A DNA stretch of 63,990 nt, the filler included, from Diploschistes diacapsis (Eukaryota): NCBI GenBank assembly GCA_023645945.1. It is 7 parts of 7 records of this genome, joined end to end, with 100 filler letters (N's around TTAATTAATTAA, not from the genome) between each part and the next. Parts side by side here need not be neighbours in the genome. Positions count along the whole stretch, not along the records: positions 37,386 to 46,612 come from JALAIB010001064.1; positions 46,713 to 55,894 come from JALAIB010001065.1; 5 more parts are not named here. One strand, 5' to 3'. A model generated the notes under the pieces. It searched no databases. It saw only the letters and a list, made by a program, of their open reading frames with translations, and had not been told where the DNA came from. Made by a program: the position numbers and the translations under genes. Of this stretch, positions 39,750 through 53,322 are shown piece by piece. Position 1 is the first letter of the stretch. Every line of letters begins with the position of its first letter.

Positions 39750-42700
39750 ATGGGCGAATTCGAAGCGGAGCCAGAAGTGCCGGAGAAACGTCGCGTGATC
39801 CATTATCATGCGGGCGCGGACGAGGAGGCTGCTATGCCCTCTTCCTCAGTCGAGGGCCCCAAGCTCGCTCGCTCCAATACCAATGCCTCCAACGCGTCGT
39901 CTACGCGTAGCGGCGGCATCGAGCGCTGCAGATCCATCGACCCTGCCTTGGCTGTGCCTATTGAGTATCGCACGCTGTAAGTGTCTTTCGCTGCCGCAAT
40001 CGGATTCCGGGCACATGGATTAACAAAAAGCTTTCCAGTTCCATTCGCATCGGCGAGAGTCAGGAGAGGCAGGCCCATGAGAGCGCGAAGATCAGAAGCA
40101 AGACCGCTGCCGGTGAGTTTGCGCTGCAGGAACAGACGACCATCCTCCTCTGATATCTATTCCGTGCTGCGCAGAGCTGTCCGACGTCCAGTGGCACACC
40201 CTCGCTCACGAAGAAATCTACAAGCGCCTCAACACATCCACCACCGATGGTCTGGCCGGCGCCGATGCGGCCCAGCGGCTCAAGGAGTACGGTCGCAACG
40301 TCTTTGCTCGTCCTCCCACGCAATGGTTTCGAAAGATCTTTGGCTACTTCTTCGGTGGCTTCGGTCCCATTCTGTGCATCGGCGGCATCTTGGTTCGTGA
40401 ATCTTTCGACCCTTGGTCGGCAAACTTGAAGTATAAAAAAATGGGCTGCTAATGACCGATCAGGTCATGCTGTCGTGGCAGCCTCTCGGCGAGCCCAACC
40501 CTGCCGTCGCCAATCTCGCCCTCGGCATCGTTCTCTTTGCAGTTTTCGGAATCCAAGCCTTTTTCAACGCCTGGCAGGACTTCTCCTCCTCCCGCGTCAT
40601 GGCTTCCATTGCTACCATGCTCCCTGAAGATTGCACCGCCATTCGCGACGGTGTTCCGATCACCCTGCGTGCAGCGCAGATCGTGCCCGGTGACGTTTTG
40701 CTCACCAAGGCTGGCAACAAGCTTCCGGCGGACGTCCGCTTCGTCGACGTCTCGTCGGACGCCAGGTTCGATCGCTCGATCCTGACCGGAGAGTCCATGC
40801 CCATCTCTGGAACCATCGACTCGACCGACGACAACTACCTCGAAACGCGCTGCATCGGCATGCAAGGCACGTACTGCATCTCCGGCAACGCCATTGGCAT
40901 CGTCGTCGCTACCGGCGATCAAACGGTGTTCGGCAAGATTGCGAAGCTCGCATCCGCTCCGAACAACGTTCGCACGGCGTTGCAGAAGGAGATTCTGAGA
41001 TTCGTCATCATCATCGTGTCGCTCATGCTATTCTTCATCGTCGTGGTCGTGGTGATCTGGGCATCCTACCTGAGGGTTCAGTATCCCGGCTACATCAATG
41101 TGCCGACACTCATCGTCTCTTTGGTCAGCGTCGGCATCGCCTTTGTTCCCGAAGGTTTGCCCATTGCTCTGACCATGAGCTTGACCATTGTCGCGAAGAT
41201 CATGAAGGAGCACAAGGTCCTTTGCAAATCGCTCAAGACCGTCGAAAGTTTGGGAGCCGTAAGCGTCATCTGCTCGGATAAGACCGGAACCTTGACCATG
41301 GTATGTTTTCCTTCTCTATGCTTTGCTTTTTCCGCTTCATGTATCTTTTGACTAAAAATCCGCGCGCAGAACAAGATGAAGGCTACCGACTGCACCGTAG
41401 CTGGCATGAGAATGACATTAAAGGCGGCCAAGGAGGATGCAGCCAAGGTGAACGGCACCGATTCCACGATCGGCCAGCTTGCTGCCTTGGCGGCACTGTG
41501 CAACGCCGGAGAATTCGATGCCGCCACGATACAGCAGCCGCTCGAGAAAAGAACCATCCACGGCGATGCTACCGACCAGGCCATCCTTCGTTTCGCCGAA
41601 GAGCTCGGGTCGGTGAGCGAGGTGCGCCGCCTGTGGCGCAAGCGCTTTGAGCTTGCATTTAATAGCAAGAATAAGTTTATGATTCGCGTCTTCTCTCTGG
41701 CCGACAGTAGGGGGTTAGGGTTTACCGTGGACACGAACGAGGCCTCTACCTTTAACGGTGCGGACATGCTGCTTACCATCAAGGGAGCCCCCGACGTTCT
41801 TCTCGACAGGTGCACGACGATGCTCGGTGAGAACGGGCAGACGCGTCCTATGACGACCGAACGGAAGTTCGAGATCAACGTCATTAAAGACAGCTGGTCG
41901 GCGCACGGCAAGCGCGTCATTCTGCTTGCGCGCAAGGTCCTATCGAGAGATATCCGAGTCTCTCCTAACGACGGTGCCTTCGAGAACGTGGTAACCGAGG
42001 AGGCCCGCTCCGGTCTCACCCTCGTCGGTCTGATCGGTATCGTGGATCCGCCCCGACCCGAAATTCCCGAGGTGGTTCGGACGCTGCGCAGGGCAGGGAT
42101 CCGTATCTTCATGGTCACTGGCGATTTTAAGCTTACCGCTCAAGCTATCGCCGTCGAGTGTGGCATCGTCACCAACCCGCTGGCACTCATCGACGACGTT
42201 TCCGCGCTGAAGCGAGACATCCAGCCCGATTCTTCGGCGACTCGCGAAAAGAAGTACGGAAGTGCCGAAACGGGCGAAGGTGTCCACCGCACCATCGTCA
42301 TCAGCGGGCCCGAACTCATTAAACTAAATGACCGCCAGTGGGCCCAGCTGTGCGCCTACGATGAGGTAGTATTTGCGCGCACCACGCCAGAGCAGAAGCT
42401 ACGCATCGTCAACGAGTTTCAAGCGCACGACAACCTAGTAGGCATGACCGGCGATGGCGTTAACGATGCGCCCTCGCTCAAGGCGGCCGACATCGGCATC
42501 GCACTCGGCTCAGGCTCGGACATTGCCATAGAAGCCGCCGACATGGTGCTGCTGGACAGCTTCGCCGGCATCGTCGCCGCCGTCCTGTACGGGCGCGTGG
42601 TATTCGACAATCTCAAGAAGACGATCGCCTATCTGCTCCCCGCCGGCTCGTACAGCGAGTTCTGGCCCGTGCTGACCAACATCATCTTCGGCCTGCCGCA

Positions 42701-43349
42701 GGTCCTGTCGTCCTTCCTCATGATCATCATATGCTGCTTCACCGACTGTGGCGCGGCCATTACGCTCGCGCTCGAGAAACCGGAGGCGGACGTGATGCAG
42801 CGCCCGCCGCGCGACCCGAAGCGCGACCGGCTGGTCGACTGGCGGCTTCTGCTGCAGTCGTACATCTTCATCGGCACGCTCGAGACGCTCACTTCCTTCA
42901 GCGTGGCGTACTGGTTCGCGCAGCGCAGTGGCCTGCCCTTCTCCACCCTGTGGTTCGGCTACGGCAGCTACGGCGATCTGGACCCAGCCTTCGTGGCCGC
43001 CACCCTCAACCAGGCGTCGTCGGTGTACTTTGTCAACCTGGTGGTCATGCAGTGGTTCAACCTGATGGCCCTGCGCACGCGCCGGCTGAGCATCTTCCAG
43101 CACCCGCCCGCCTTCAACAAGCGCACGCAGAACGTGTACCTCTTCCCGGCCATAATGTTCAGTCTGGGCATGGTCTTTCTGTTCTGCTACGTTCCCGGCT
43201 TGCAGGCAGCGGTAGGCACGACGCCGGTGCCCGTCGAGCATTTCTTCTTGCCGGTGGCGTTCGGGCTGGCGATTTTGGGGCTGGATGAGGGTCGAAAGTA
43301 CTGCGTCAGGCGATGGCCAAAGGGGGTACTTGCCAGGGTTGCTTGGTAA
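39750..43349 (+). CDS. Type II P-type cation ATPase, Na,K-ATPase-like (possibly ACU type); four introns (~39977-40038, 40112-40174, 40394-40463, 41301-41369)
   Basis: LTGES, FVPEGLP, ICSDKTGTLT, KGAPD, DPPR, MVTGD, GDGVNDAPSLKAADIG; GDATD and FNSKNKF resemble the Na,K-ATPase-like clade. Confidence 0.92.
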
Positions 43350-43946
43350 GAGATTTAGTGCTGGAACCGTGGAACATGATCGTAAGATACTTCTCGTAGC
43401 CCCTGTTTTGTTTCTTCTTCCTCCCAATAAGTAGCTCGCCTGATCTTATCCTTTAATAGCTACCAACTAGTTCCAGGCAAAATATCACGTGATTGTTCGG
43501 ATCAAGGCTTCGAAATGCAGGTCCGGAGTCGGGACCCGCGTGGATGATCTAACATGAGGCCGGAGAGCCCCAGCTAAGGCCCTTTCATAAGTTTTAGAGA
43601 TAGTATGAGCTCGGTAATACAGCTATAATAGAGGAAGCCTATTACGCTATATTATGTATATTATAATTCATGGTCGTCAGGGCTACACGGAAGAGAACGA
43701 AAACGTGAGTGTATACGCTTGAGGTGTTTGATAAAATATCAGTGGATAAGTAAAAGAACGAAGACGAGCACTTTTGGTCACCTCGCGTCGGGTGTTAGAT
43801 CACCTCCAGTTACCCAGCTCGGATGCTAAAGCGGCGAGCTGAGCACGGCGCAGATTTCTGCTTAAACAGTTGGCACGTCACCGGCGCTGTCGTTCGATTT
43901 CTGTACACCCATCTGCTCGGTTTATCGTAGAAGGGAAATTGGCAGA

Positions 43947-45759
43947 ATGAGGGACAGGAATCTTCTGCTGTTACTAGCTTCGAGCCCATTGCTCGCTGCG
44001 GCAGCGGAGAGCCGACCTCGCGGCGTCTCGCCAGAGTGTATGTTCGCCCACCCCAACACCAGCATTCATTTTACCATTGTAGCTCCCAACCAGCCCCAAA
44101 CTGACCTGTCACACAGTTGCGAAATTCTACAAGTCGAAAGACAGCTTCTCCTGCATCCTCAACCCCTCCGTCGTTTTCCAATCGTCCAAAGTCAACGACG
44201 ACTACTGCGACTGCCCCGACGGCTCCGACGAGCCCGGCACCGCCGCATGCTCCTCCCTCTCCCCACTCTCCCCATCCTACCCTCTCGACGTATCGGGCGC
44301 AGACGTGAACACCTCTTTAGCATTACCCGGCTTCTACTGCAAAAACAAGGGCCATCAGCCAAGCTACCTCCCCTTCCACGCTGTGAACGATGGCGTTTGC
44401 GACTACGAGGTATGCTGCGACGGTAGCGACGAGTACGATCATGTGGGCGGAGTGCAATGTCCGGATAAGTGTAAAGAGATTGGCAAGGAGTGGAGGAAGC
44501 ATGACGAGGCGCGACAGAAAGCTATGGGCACAGCCCTGAAGAAGAGAAAAGAGCTAGTTGCCGAGGCGGCGCGGCGGCAGAAGGAAGTTGAGGAGCGGTT
44601 AGTCTCGTTGGGCACGGAGATAGAGGGGCAAGAGATGAAGGTCAAGGGACTAGAGGCAGAGCTTGCAGAGGCGGAGAGAAAGGATCGAGGGAAGGTAGTT
44701 AAGGGCGCGGGCAAGGCCGGTAAAATTGGTGTATTGGCTGGATTGGTAAAGGAGAGGATCGAGGAACTTCAAACTGGACTTGCAGAATTAAAGAAGCAAA
44801 GAGACGGGAGTATGAAAAGAGTAAAGGAGCTCGAGGATATTCTCACCAGGTTCAAGACGGAGTACAACCCCAATTTCAATGACGAAGGCGTTAAGCAAGC
44901 AGTGAGAAGTTGGGAAGAGTATGCAGCGGTGGACAGGACCGAAGAAAGTTCTGATTCGGATTTTGAAAAGGACCTCGAAGAGGTGTTAAAGCCTGACTCA
45001 GAAACGGATGGCATCAACTGGAAAGACTGGGAAAGCGTGGAGGAGGACGAGATTGATCTACGTAAGTCAATCACCGTCCTAATCAGCGCTTTCTAACGGG
45101 TTCTACTAGTCTATTCCTTCGAAGCCTACCTGCCACCTTCCCTCCGTACCTGGGTTGACGCCAAGCTTCGTGATCTGCGCATCTTTCTCATCGAAAACGG
45201 CGTTGTTGCAGGTAGTCGAAACGAAGGCGAATCTGCCGCTGTGACATCTGCTCGCTCTGAGCTGACATCGGGCCAAAACAAGCTGCGCGACCTCAAGTCC
45301 GACCGCGACCAGCACTCCGAAGACCTGGAGAAAGACTACGGTCCCGACAAGATCTTCCGCGCGCTGAAGGGCCAATGCGTGTCCAAAGACTCGGGTGAGT
45401 ACACGTACGAGCTCTGCTGGATGGACCAAACGAAGCAGAAACCCAAAAAGGGCGGCGGAGCAACGAACATGGGCAACTATATAGGCATGGGCACGACGGT
45501 CACTGACGACGAGCTGCCGCCCGACGGTAAGGGCGTAGGCAAGGGAGAGCGCATGACGATGAACTATGGGAACGGACAGGGGTGCTGGAACGGGCCGGCG
45601 AGGAGCACGACGGTTGTTTTGGCGTGTGCGGAGAACGACGAGATTTGGAAGATTGCGGAGGAGGAGAAGTGTGTATATAGGATGGAGGTGGGGACGCCGG
45701 CGGTGTGTGAGGCGGCGGGTGGGAAGAGGGCGGATGCGAAGGGGAAGGATGAGCTGTGA
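43947..45759 (+). CDS. GTB1: Glucosidase II beta subunit (PRKCSH); introns ~44038-44116 and 45062-45109
   Basis: Signal peptide, RPRGVSPE, VNDDYCDCPDGSDEPGTAAC, coiled coil, MRH domain (EYTYELCW, GQGCWNGPARS), C-terminal KDEL. Confidence 0.95.
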
Positions 45760-46612
45760 GGGGTGAATTTAGCATGGCGAGGCAATTGCTCTCGCTGTGA
45801 AATGCCATTGGGGAGGTAAATAGGTTGTGTATATATTGACGCGGAGCCGCGACTGCTTCTAGAGCAAACTTCTTCAACCCCTCGATCAAATCAAAAATTG
45901 GCCTTGGCGTATGAAATCGATATGATATACGATCGAAGAGTGAGAAGACCATGTTTGGCCAACGGGGTGCGGAGAGGATAAATAAACCATGACAAAAACT
46001 AGGGAACGGCTTCGAGAAAGAAATCTAAAGGCATGTCTAAGTTGCTTTACCCCTTGACGTCACAATACCCCTTTTCTCTCATCCCTTCCCCTTTCCTTCC
46101 ATTTCAGCCACGCCGCCCAACCATGATACATTACTACTCGACAATCAACTTTACCGTAGATACTATTTATCCATGGTAACCTCCTCTCGTATACTCAATC
46201 TTTGTACGGTCAGCTGAATGGCGGATAGGACCTACATCTCGAAGAAGCGCCTCGATGCGCCGCTGGAGATTGTGCGGGCGAGGAATCTGCCTATAAGTGC
46301 TGGTTTGCTTTGATATCTGTGCAGCGAATTTGAGCTTGGGGCGTGTTATGATGCGGTTTGGGGGGTTGTTTTGTCTCAATCGGCGCTTTCTGTTACTTTA
46401 GTCTTTTTCGCTCATACTGTTATTTTCCGCTTTCCGCAATAGGAAATAGGTTGACTGCCAAATAAGAAAGTCCTCAATCAACTCCCATATCTGTACTTGT
46501 TCGCCTGTTCAGCGGCTGATGTACACTTTCCCATCCTTCTATCTCGAGTTCTCAAGCCTCCAACCTCTCCCTTCACACCCCTCGCCCTGTCCGCTACCCA
46601 TTCACCTCTCCC

Positions 46613-46712
46613 NNNNNNNNNNNNNNNNNNNNNNNNNNNNNNNNNNNNNNNNNNNNTTAATTAATTAANNNNNNNNNNNNNNNNNNNNNNNNNNNNNNNN
46701 NNNNNNNNNNNN
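46613..46712. other. Artificial contig linker
   Basis: Same 100-nt spacer. Confidence 0.99.
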
Positions 46713-47347
46713 CTCCTCTACCCTCCCCCAGCCCTCCACCACCCCACTTCTTCCTCCGCAGCCAGCCACCCAGGGCATCCCCATCCTCCTCTTCCAACGG
46801 CGACGACGCAGCGCCCCCGTCCACAGAACCAGCGCCAGCGACGAGGCGCGCACGACAACCGAGCCGAAAGAACGCGTCGCAACCGTGGGAGACGAGTTTC
46901 ACCACGGCAGGCAAGCGACGGAGGCGAGAGGCTGCCAGGGCCAAGACAGAGGAAAAGGCGGCAGTGATGGTAGCGGCAACGGCGGCGAGGGACCAGGAGA
47001 CGGCGGCGAGGAACGCGACGAGGGAGACGGCGGCGACAAGATCTGCAAAGGTGTTAGCACAAGAATAGAAGAAAGAGGAGAGAAAATAAGTAAAACATAA
47101 GGCGCGCAGGGCTGGCCAGCAGCTAACAATGTCGCAAGAAGGTTATCTAGATATTGATCATTTAGATGGCCTAATAAGCGATACATTAAGCTCTGAAAAA
47201 GAGCTCTAAAATGTATGGAGAAAAGGGAGTTTTAATAATGAGAAATGTTATCACGTGACATGAATACTAAATGACTTGAGGAAATGCATATACAAATTTA
47301 TATGGGACTTAACTTAGCGTGTATGCAGATTAATTGTCAGCCCTATA
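46713..47347 (+). mobile_element. Possible 3' end of a RIP-affected DNA transposon
   Basis: Basic low-complexity frame (RRARQPSRKNASQ...KRRRREAARAK) broken by TAG 47066 and TAA 47087, an AT-rich tail, then ...AATTGTCAGCCCTA|TA resembling a Tc1/mariner end. Confidence 0.35.
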
Positions 47348-48120
47348 AGGTTTGTATGGACGGGGTGGGGAGCAGGTGGTGCTCCCGAATCGCCCTGGGC
47401 GGCAAACATACGTCAGCCAATCACATGAGTGTGTCGGAGGTACCCCGGAAGCCAATGCTGTGCAGTCTTGTAGAAGCCCAAAAACTACTGCGCTCCAAAA
47501 AGGTTGTGGAATAATAACGCCATACCACAATGACTACTGCACGAGTACTCATGTCAGTCCGAGCAAGAATGAGAGTTGTCTTGTTCTTCAGTGCGCTGGT
47601 AAAGATGCAAAGGTACAAAGGTGCAAGTCCTACCTCAGAAGTAGAGAAAGGGAGCCAGGGGTTAGGTTCTGATAGTGATCTATTACAACTACTTGCAACA
47701 ACTTCGTAGAAAGGTTAGAGTGAACAACAGTCTTTGCGAAAGCATGTCGAAATTCAAAGAACGTATTCAGTTTTAAAAGTCAAAAAAAACTACATGCAAA
47801 ACCTCGCGAACCCTCACCAAAATCCAAACATCACAATTTGAGCGTCCCCAATGTCTTCACCATTCCACCCTTCATCACCTCTTCTTCCACTGAGCGAACC
47901 TGCTTACTGGGGACGACGCAGCCGCATGCATCGCATCGACGAGGTTGGTACCGGATTTGTAAAGCAGAACTGCTCTGTGCTTGAAAGCGGCAGATCGATA
48001 TCACGGTCATTAGACTCTGCATGTGGTCATGCTACAATCTGTTCCTGGTCTTGCCCAAGACTCGAACAAGAGCCGCGTTTTTTCAGTGGACATAGCTGCC
48101 ACAGCTCGGGACTTGTACCG

Positions 48121-50410
48121 CTAAGGTTCCCACAGTTTTCCCTTGCCTCGAAGTGACCCTCGTGGAGCACCCGACTTAAGAACGTAGTCTACCTCCGGTT
48201 CTGGTGTCTTGCTGTTACGCTTCGGGCTACCCTGGCTCCGTTTTGCTTCTCTCCTACGGTGCTCGTGGCCCCTCGACCGTCGCTTTTCCACCGATGATTT
48301 GGTAGTGGAGCCGCTGGCTGGTGGTTGGACGACGTATGATCTGTCGAAAGCATCAGGGTCGATGACAGTTGGATTATTGGTCGGCTCTAGTTGTATCTGG
48401 CGTGGCGGTGGTTTCTCAGCAATTTTCTCCGCGGCCGGCTCTGCCTCTGCAGATTTCTCTGCTGCCTTCCTCGATGGCTTTTCAACAACCTTGACCCGGC
48501 GCTGGATAGCGTCGCGCTGTCGCTGAATCATCTTCTCGCTTTCGCGCTGCTGGCTTTCCCGCTGCAAACGCACCCGCTCTTGGCTAGGGTGACGCTGTTG
48601 CATAGCTGCGCGAGGATGACGTGGCGGGACATTGCGTGCATTGTTGAGAAGTGAAGGACTTTTTGGAGGCGAGTCCCTGTTCGATTCTGCGGAAGCTTCA
48701 GGCTTCAGCTCCGCTACGGGCTGTTGTAGAGTCTGAATGAAAGGCTTTCCAGGAGTAAAAACCGGGCTTTCAGCCTTCAGTGTAGACTCAATCTTAGGCT
48801 TTAGTTTTCCTATTGTAGCTTGCACTTCCGCTTCTATCACCGAGCTGATCTCACCGTCCGATTGTGAGGGGCCCAAAGTGTCCAATCCTCCATTGATCTT
48901 GTTTTCGGCCGACGTTCCAGATCGAGCTGAGGGTTCCTTCGGCGAAGACTTCAAGATCTTTGGCGCTGGTCCGTTGGCAGTCGCGGGCCGGCTTCGCGGA
49001 GCTTCCCTGCTCTTCTTTCCCGAGGTCTTTCGCGCACGAGGGTTGAATACGATGATTTCTTCATCGCTGTCCAAATCAGATTCATCGACATTTGGTTTTT
49101 GGGCAGTAGACGGTCTGAAAGGCTGCGCCAATAGTTGGGGGCTAGGATCTGTTGCCTTCGAACTCTCTGAAGTCGAGGACTGCGAAAGCTGCACCGTTCC
49201 AGACTCAAGTAGATTCCGAACCTCGGAAATGCTTGCTTTTGGCTCGTCCTCGAACGGGTTCGTCACCATTGCTAGTGTACTTTCTTTCACAGGAGGCATT
49301 CCTCCGGCAGTGTCTTCTTCTGAGGCTTTGCGCTCTGCCTTTGGGCCTGGAGGCGAGGAGAGCAGTGACTGCTCCTCTTTTGAGATCGTACCATCCTTTT
49401 GAACTTCAGCTGCAGGAATGGCTTGCTCAATTGGATTGAGGCTCTTATCTCCGTTTTTCGTAGGCATTCCGTTGTGCAGGGTACAAGCACGATTCGTTGC
49501 TCCCATTTTAGTCAGTGCTTCTGGAAAAGTGGCTTCCAGCTGGCCAAACTGTAGTCGGCGCTCAAGCTTTAGTCTAATATCAAGCAGATAAGTCCTCAAG
49601 CTGGTGATCATTGTCACTGGAATCTCCAGCTTTTCTGCTAGAGAGAGTGACTCGCTGGAACCAGCTAAAAGCACAAATTTCTCCGGCTTCAGTGGGTTCT
49701 TCTCCGATTCATACAAACTCCAAAGGATACTGCTAAAGAGTGGCTTTGATTCCGGTGGCAGTCCTTTCGAAGACACGGTGGGAATCTTGTGGTACTTCCA
49801 GGGCGATTTGGGCTCATTCGAACGCGCAATCAATCTGGGTTTTGGCGGGGCTTTGTTGTGATCAGTCACCATGCTCGTTACCGTCATGACATTGCTCACC
49901 TTTAGGCTCATCTGAGTCGGACTCGCTTTTCATGTTTAGCTTTCGAAGTAAAGCCTCGGCAAAGCTAGTTGGTGCCGCCTGGGGGCTTTCGATCTTCGAC
50001 GCAGCTTTCTCGTCCTCTTCCTTCCATTGTGTGAACTCTTCATTCTGCTGCTGAAACCTCACTCCTGCTTCACCTTTATCCGACTTCGCTCTAGACAGGA
50101 ACTCCCAAGCGGCTCGAGGGTTTATGTCGAACAGTGGGTGTTCTTTTCGAGCGGCTCTTCCTATAGTTCGTGCTGTTGTAGAGTCTTTAGGCACATCTTT
50201 TGGAGCAGTGGCAGCTTTGTATGCTTTCTCAACTTGCTCGTATGCTACAAAGCGAGTTAATTAGGCATGATGACCTGTTGGAGATATTTCGGAGACCTTA
50301 CTGCTAAGAGGAATGAGGATACGAACTGAGCCGTCGTATACCCATTGCTTGATCTCATGGATGCCCTCAATTAAGGCGGACGCCTCGGTGACATAGGTAA
50401 GAGCCTCCAT
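48121..50410 (-). CDS. Protein with N-terminal PIN-like domain and long disordered C-terminus; introns ~50299-50245 and 49900-49851
   Basis: MEALTYVTEASALIEGIHEIKQWV..ILIPL, FDINPRAAWEFL; C-terminal IDPDAFDR and GAPRGSLRGKGKLWEP blocks. Confidence 0.75.
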
Positions 50411-51876
50411 GGCTATATGTGCATTGGTAGCGGTGCTAAAATCTGGGATGTTCTGGCGTGGCGGAATCTCATCGTCCGGGCTGCAACGCGAAGTGAGCCA
50501 TCCGAGTGGACAGGCCTGATATGCATGGTAAGCAATCTGCTCCCAATCCAGAGATGAATGCACATGTAGCGAATTAACTGTGCTCAAGCATAATAAAGCC
50601 GCTTTGTGAAGACCTACCAACGATGATTATACAGTGAAAGTCGGGCTGACGACTAGTCATGTTGCGCATCTCTTTGTGATCCTCGCTCCCATGAAGAAGC
50701 TGTGCGAGACTCGCACAGAGGTCGGCAATCTCATGGGAAAAGAAATATATTTCACGGAAAATGCCAGAAAAAAGAATATGAAAAACTATGGAAGTATTGT
50801 AGAATGCACTGACATGAAGGAGTGGAGGAATGGTAGTCTAAACACGCTTTTTCTCCGAGCCCTAAGAAGCCCTAACGGCCAGTGACAGTAAAGGCCCTCG
50901 ATCCGGAAATGTTTTCGGCCTGTAAAGGTGTCTTAATACTCGTGTATAGTAGTGTTCTACTTACGATTCATGGTAGCTTTAGTTACAAATATCTGCTAAT
51001 AGGCAATAGGCTACTAAGATCATAGGAATATAGGTACTATAAACTAGCAGGTTGCTCAGATGAACGCTCTGAACAAAATGTTTCGAATAGCACCGCTCGT
51101 AATAAGATGAGTCAACAATCCGAGCTTATTAGGGAGCGCAGCAGAATTTTCTAAAGGCTCTTCGTAGCTGACCTCTATAGTATCCCATGAACGTCCCCGA
51201 TCTCTTTCTTCGATCATCCTTGATACTAGCGAGAGGTATTATGCCGACAGGGCCTTTGTACAATGGACTACACTTGCTATGAATGCTACAACTGGTAAGC
51301 TGGACTTGATAACCCCTATGGGGTGAATACATTCGAGTTCTCCTGGATATACTGATCGGTAAATCCTGCAACTGTCCTTGTGCACACTTTTTTCTCCATT
51401 GGCCCTGATTCCGATGCGTCATTGCCTTTGTGTGAATTTTCTGGTTGTATGTGCCTTTCAGAGCTGTAGTGTTTGATACTGAAGACCACAGGATATAACA
51501 TTGTGGTGTTAGACTCAACCACTCATAATACCCGAACTCCTATTTCTTCCCTCGAAACTGTATGCTACCCGCAGTACTAAAATGCTCCCAGTGTGCCAGA
51601 GAGATTCAACGTAGATACTGGAAGTTTTCCTAACTTCTTTGCATATACACTTCACCTTCTCAACAACCACCAGATGTTCTTTACACCTGTCTTGTACGAA
51701 ACCGCTCGTACCCTTGGTGACAGTCACCCAGCTAGGCACTATATGTGGTCGTTCATCTCCTCGTTAGCTCCTGGGAACGTGTGATTAAGGTCCTTTTGCC
51801 CCAGCGCTAAATGCTATACCTGCATACTACCTCAACGCCATCCAAACCCTGCAAATGGATCACGCTGTAATAGCTC

Positions 51877-52908
51877 TCAAGTCTGTTTGATGATCAATCC
51901 CTCTCCCGGCTTCACGCGTTGGGCATATTCCGTCCAGCTACCATCGTATACCCTTCTGTGTTTCTGCAGTGCAAAGTCGGCTTCCTCAAGTGCAACGTCC
52001 AGTGCTGCTGCCATGACACCCGTTCCGCAACTACTGATTATAGGCGTCTCAGTATCCAAGCCTTTGCTTTCGAACACCTTTCGGAGCGCATCTTTAGGCA
52101 GAAATGCTTTGGTCTGCGAATCTAAGATTTCCGGCAACGGAACGTTAAAGCTTCCAGGTATGTGGCCGCTGGATATGGTCGGCCTTGGCTCTGAAGCTGT
52201 CCCATTGAATCTGCCAGCACTTCGTGCATCAACAATCTGAATCTTCTCCGAGTCTGGGTTTGTGTAATTTTGCGCCACCATCCTAACATCTCTGAAGCTT
52301 GCAACTCGATCCGGATCTATGCTTGGAACTGGGTATCTGCTTCTCGAGCTCGACGAAACTGTGCCTTCTTTCCCACTTTCAGTTGGGTACCCCTCATCCA
52401 CCCAGAGCTTGAAGTTATTCAGAATGTGGACTTGAGGGTGACCGAAGACTTTGAGCGTAAATGCGACTCGGGGTGCGCTGAAAATACCTTGCTCGTATGA
52501 ATCATAGACCACGAGGCAGTCATCCCTCGTCAAGCCCAGATTTGTCATAGCTTCGGCAAACCCTTCTGCAGTAGGGAGCATGTGCGGGTATGGAGAGTCA
52601 GGATCTTTTATTTCATCAATATCAAAGAAACGAGCAGACGGTACTCTTCGCTCTTCGAAGACTTTCCGACCTGTCCGCTTGAGCTCATCGTTTGGAAGGA
52701 ACCAGGCAGCGCAGAGTGGTATGACTCTAGACGAATCTTTTGCATTCTGTCGTTCCAATGCTTCTAAAAACTCTCGAGGAGTTACCAAGTAGGATCTTAA
52801 AGTAGAGTTAGTACTTGAGTAGCGCAACGAGCATCCGACTTCGAAAGACCCAAAGAGAGTGGTGCGGAGTGAAGCTCTTCGAAAGGATCTGAAGAGGGTG
52901 GAGGCCAT
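51877..52908 (-). CDS. TUM1: 3-mercaptopyruvate/thiosulfate sulfurtransferase (tandem rhodanese), probably mitochondrially targeted
   Basis: AAWFLPN, ARFFDID, PHMLP, SAPRV, VDARSAGRF, SGHIPGS, active-site SCGTGV, YDGSWTE. Confidence 0.95.
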   Translation of the reverse strand: MASTLFRSFRRASLRTTLFGSFEVGCSLRYSSTNSTLRSYLVTPREFLEALERQNAKDSSRVIPLCAAWFLPNDELKRTGRKVFEERRVPSARFFDIDEIKDPDSPYPHMLPTAEGFAEAMTNLGLTRDDCLVVYDSYEQGIFSAPRVAFTLKVFGHPQVHILNNFKLWVDEGYPTESGKEGTVSSSSRSRYPVPSIDPDRVASFRDVRMVAQNYTNPDSEKIQIVDARSAGRFNGTASEPRPTISSGHIPGSFNVPLPEILDSQTKAFLPKDALRKVFESKGLDTETPIISSCGTGVMAAALDVALEEADFALQKHRRVYDGSWTEYAQRVKPGEGLIIKQT

Positions 52909-53322
52909 GAAGTCGAAACCGCAGTCTGCGATACAAACCGCTCATGAGCTGTGTATAAGCTTGTTACTACGGGTTGAAGGGTGAGTGCGGGAGTGACTGC
53001 GGAGGAAGAAAGATTAGCTAAACCAGGGGTGCGAGCAGAGATCCATGTTGGGAGAGATTACTAATCAATAATATTCGCCAATTAATTGATTACCGGGCGA
53101 TTACTCGGAGATAAGCTTTATCAGTAGACGCCGAGAAAGCCTTGATTCAGTTTCCGTTACATCTTCCAGACTGTGAACGATAGGTTCAGGTACATTAAGT
53201 ACGTCTGGTTTTGAACCGCTGCAGACTCGCAAAAGAAGAGGCTTGGTGATTTTACTGTTTATCAAGGACGTTTGTTTCTCTCACCACGCCTATCCATCAT
53301 TGTTTTGCTAGTTTTGTTCATC

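Noticed and set aside
41090..43427. Long antisense ORFs (342 and 305 aa) over the ATPase, and similar ones over SEC18, ARO1 and MGM1
   Set aside because: Shadow frames caused by GC-rich codon usage; no recognisable motifs
46120..46500. Possible snoRNA or structured RNA (ATGATA...CTGA; GGCGGAT...ATCTGCC stem)
   Set aside because: Box C imperfect and no rRNA-complementary guide or known family signature recognised; an Infernal/Rfam scan is needed
50900..51850. Small ORFs downstream of TUM1
   Set aside because: No motifs, and conflicting frames on both strands
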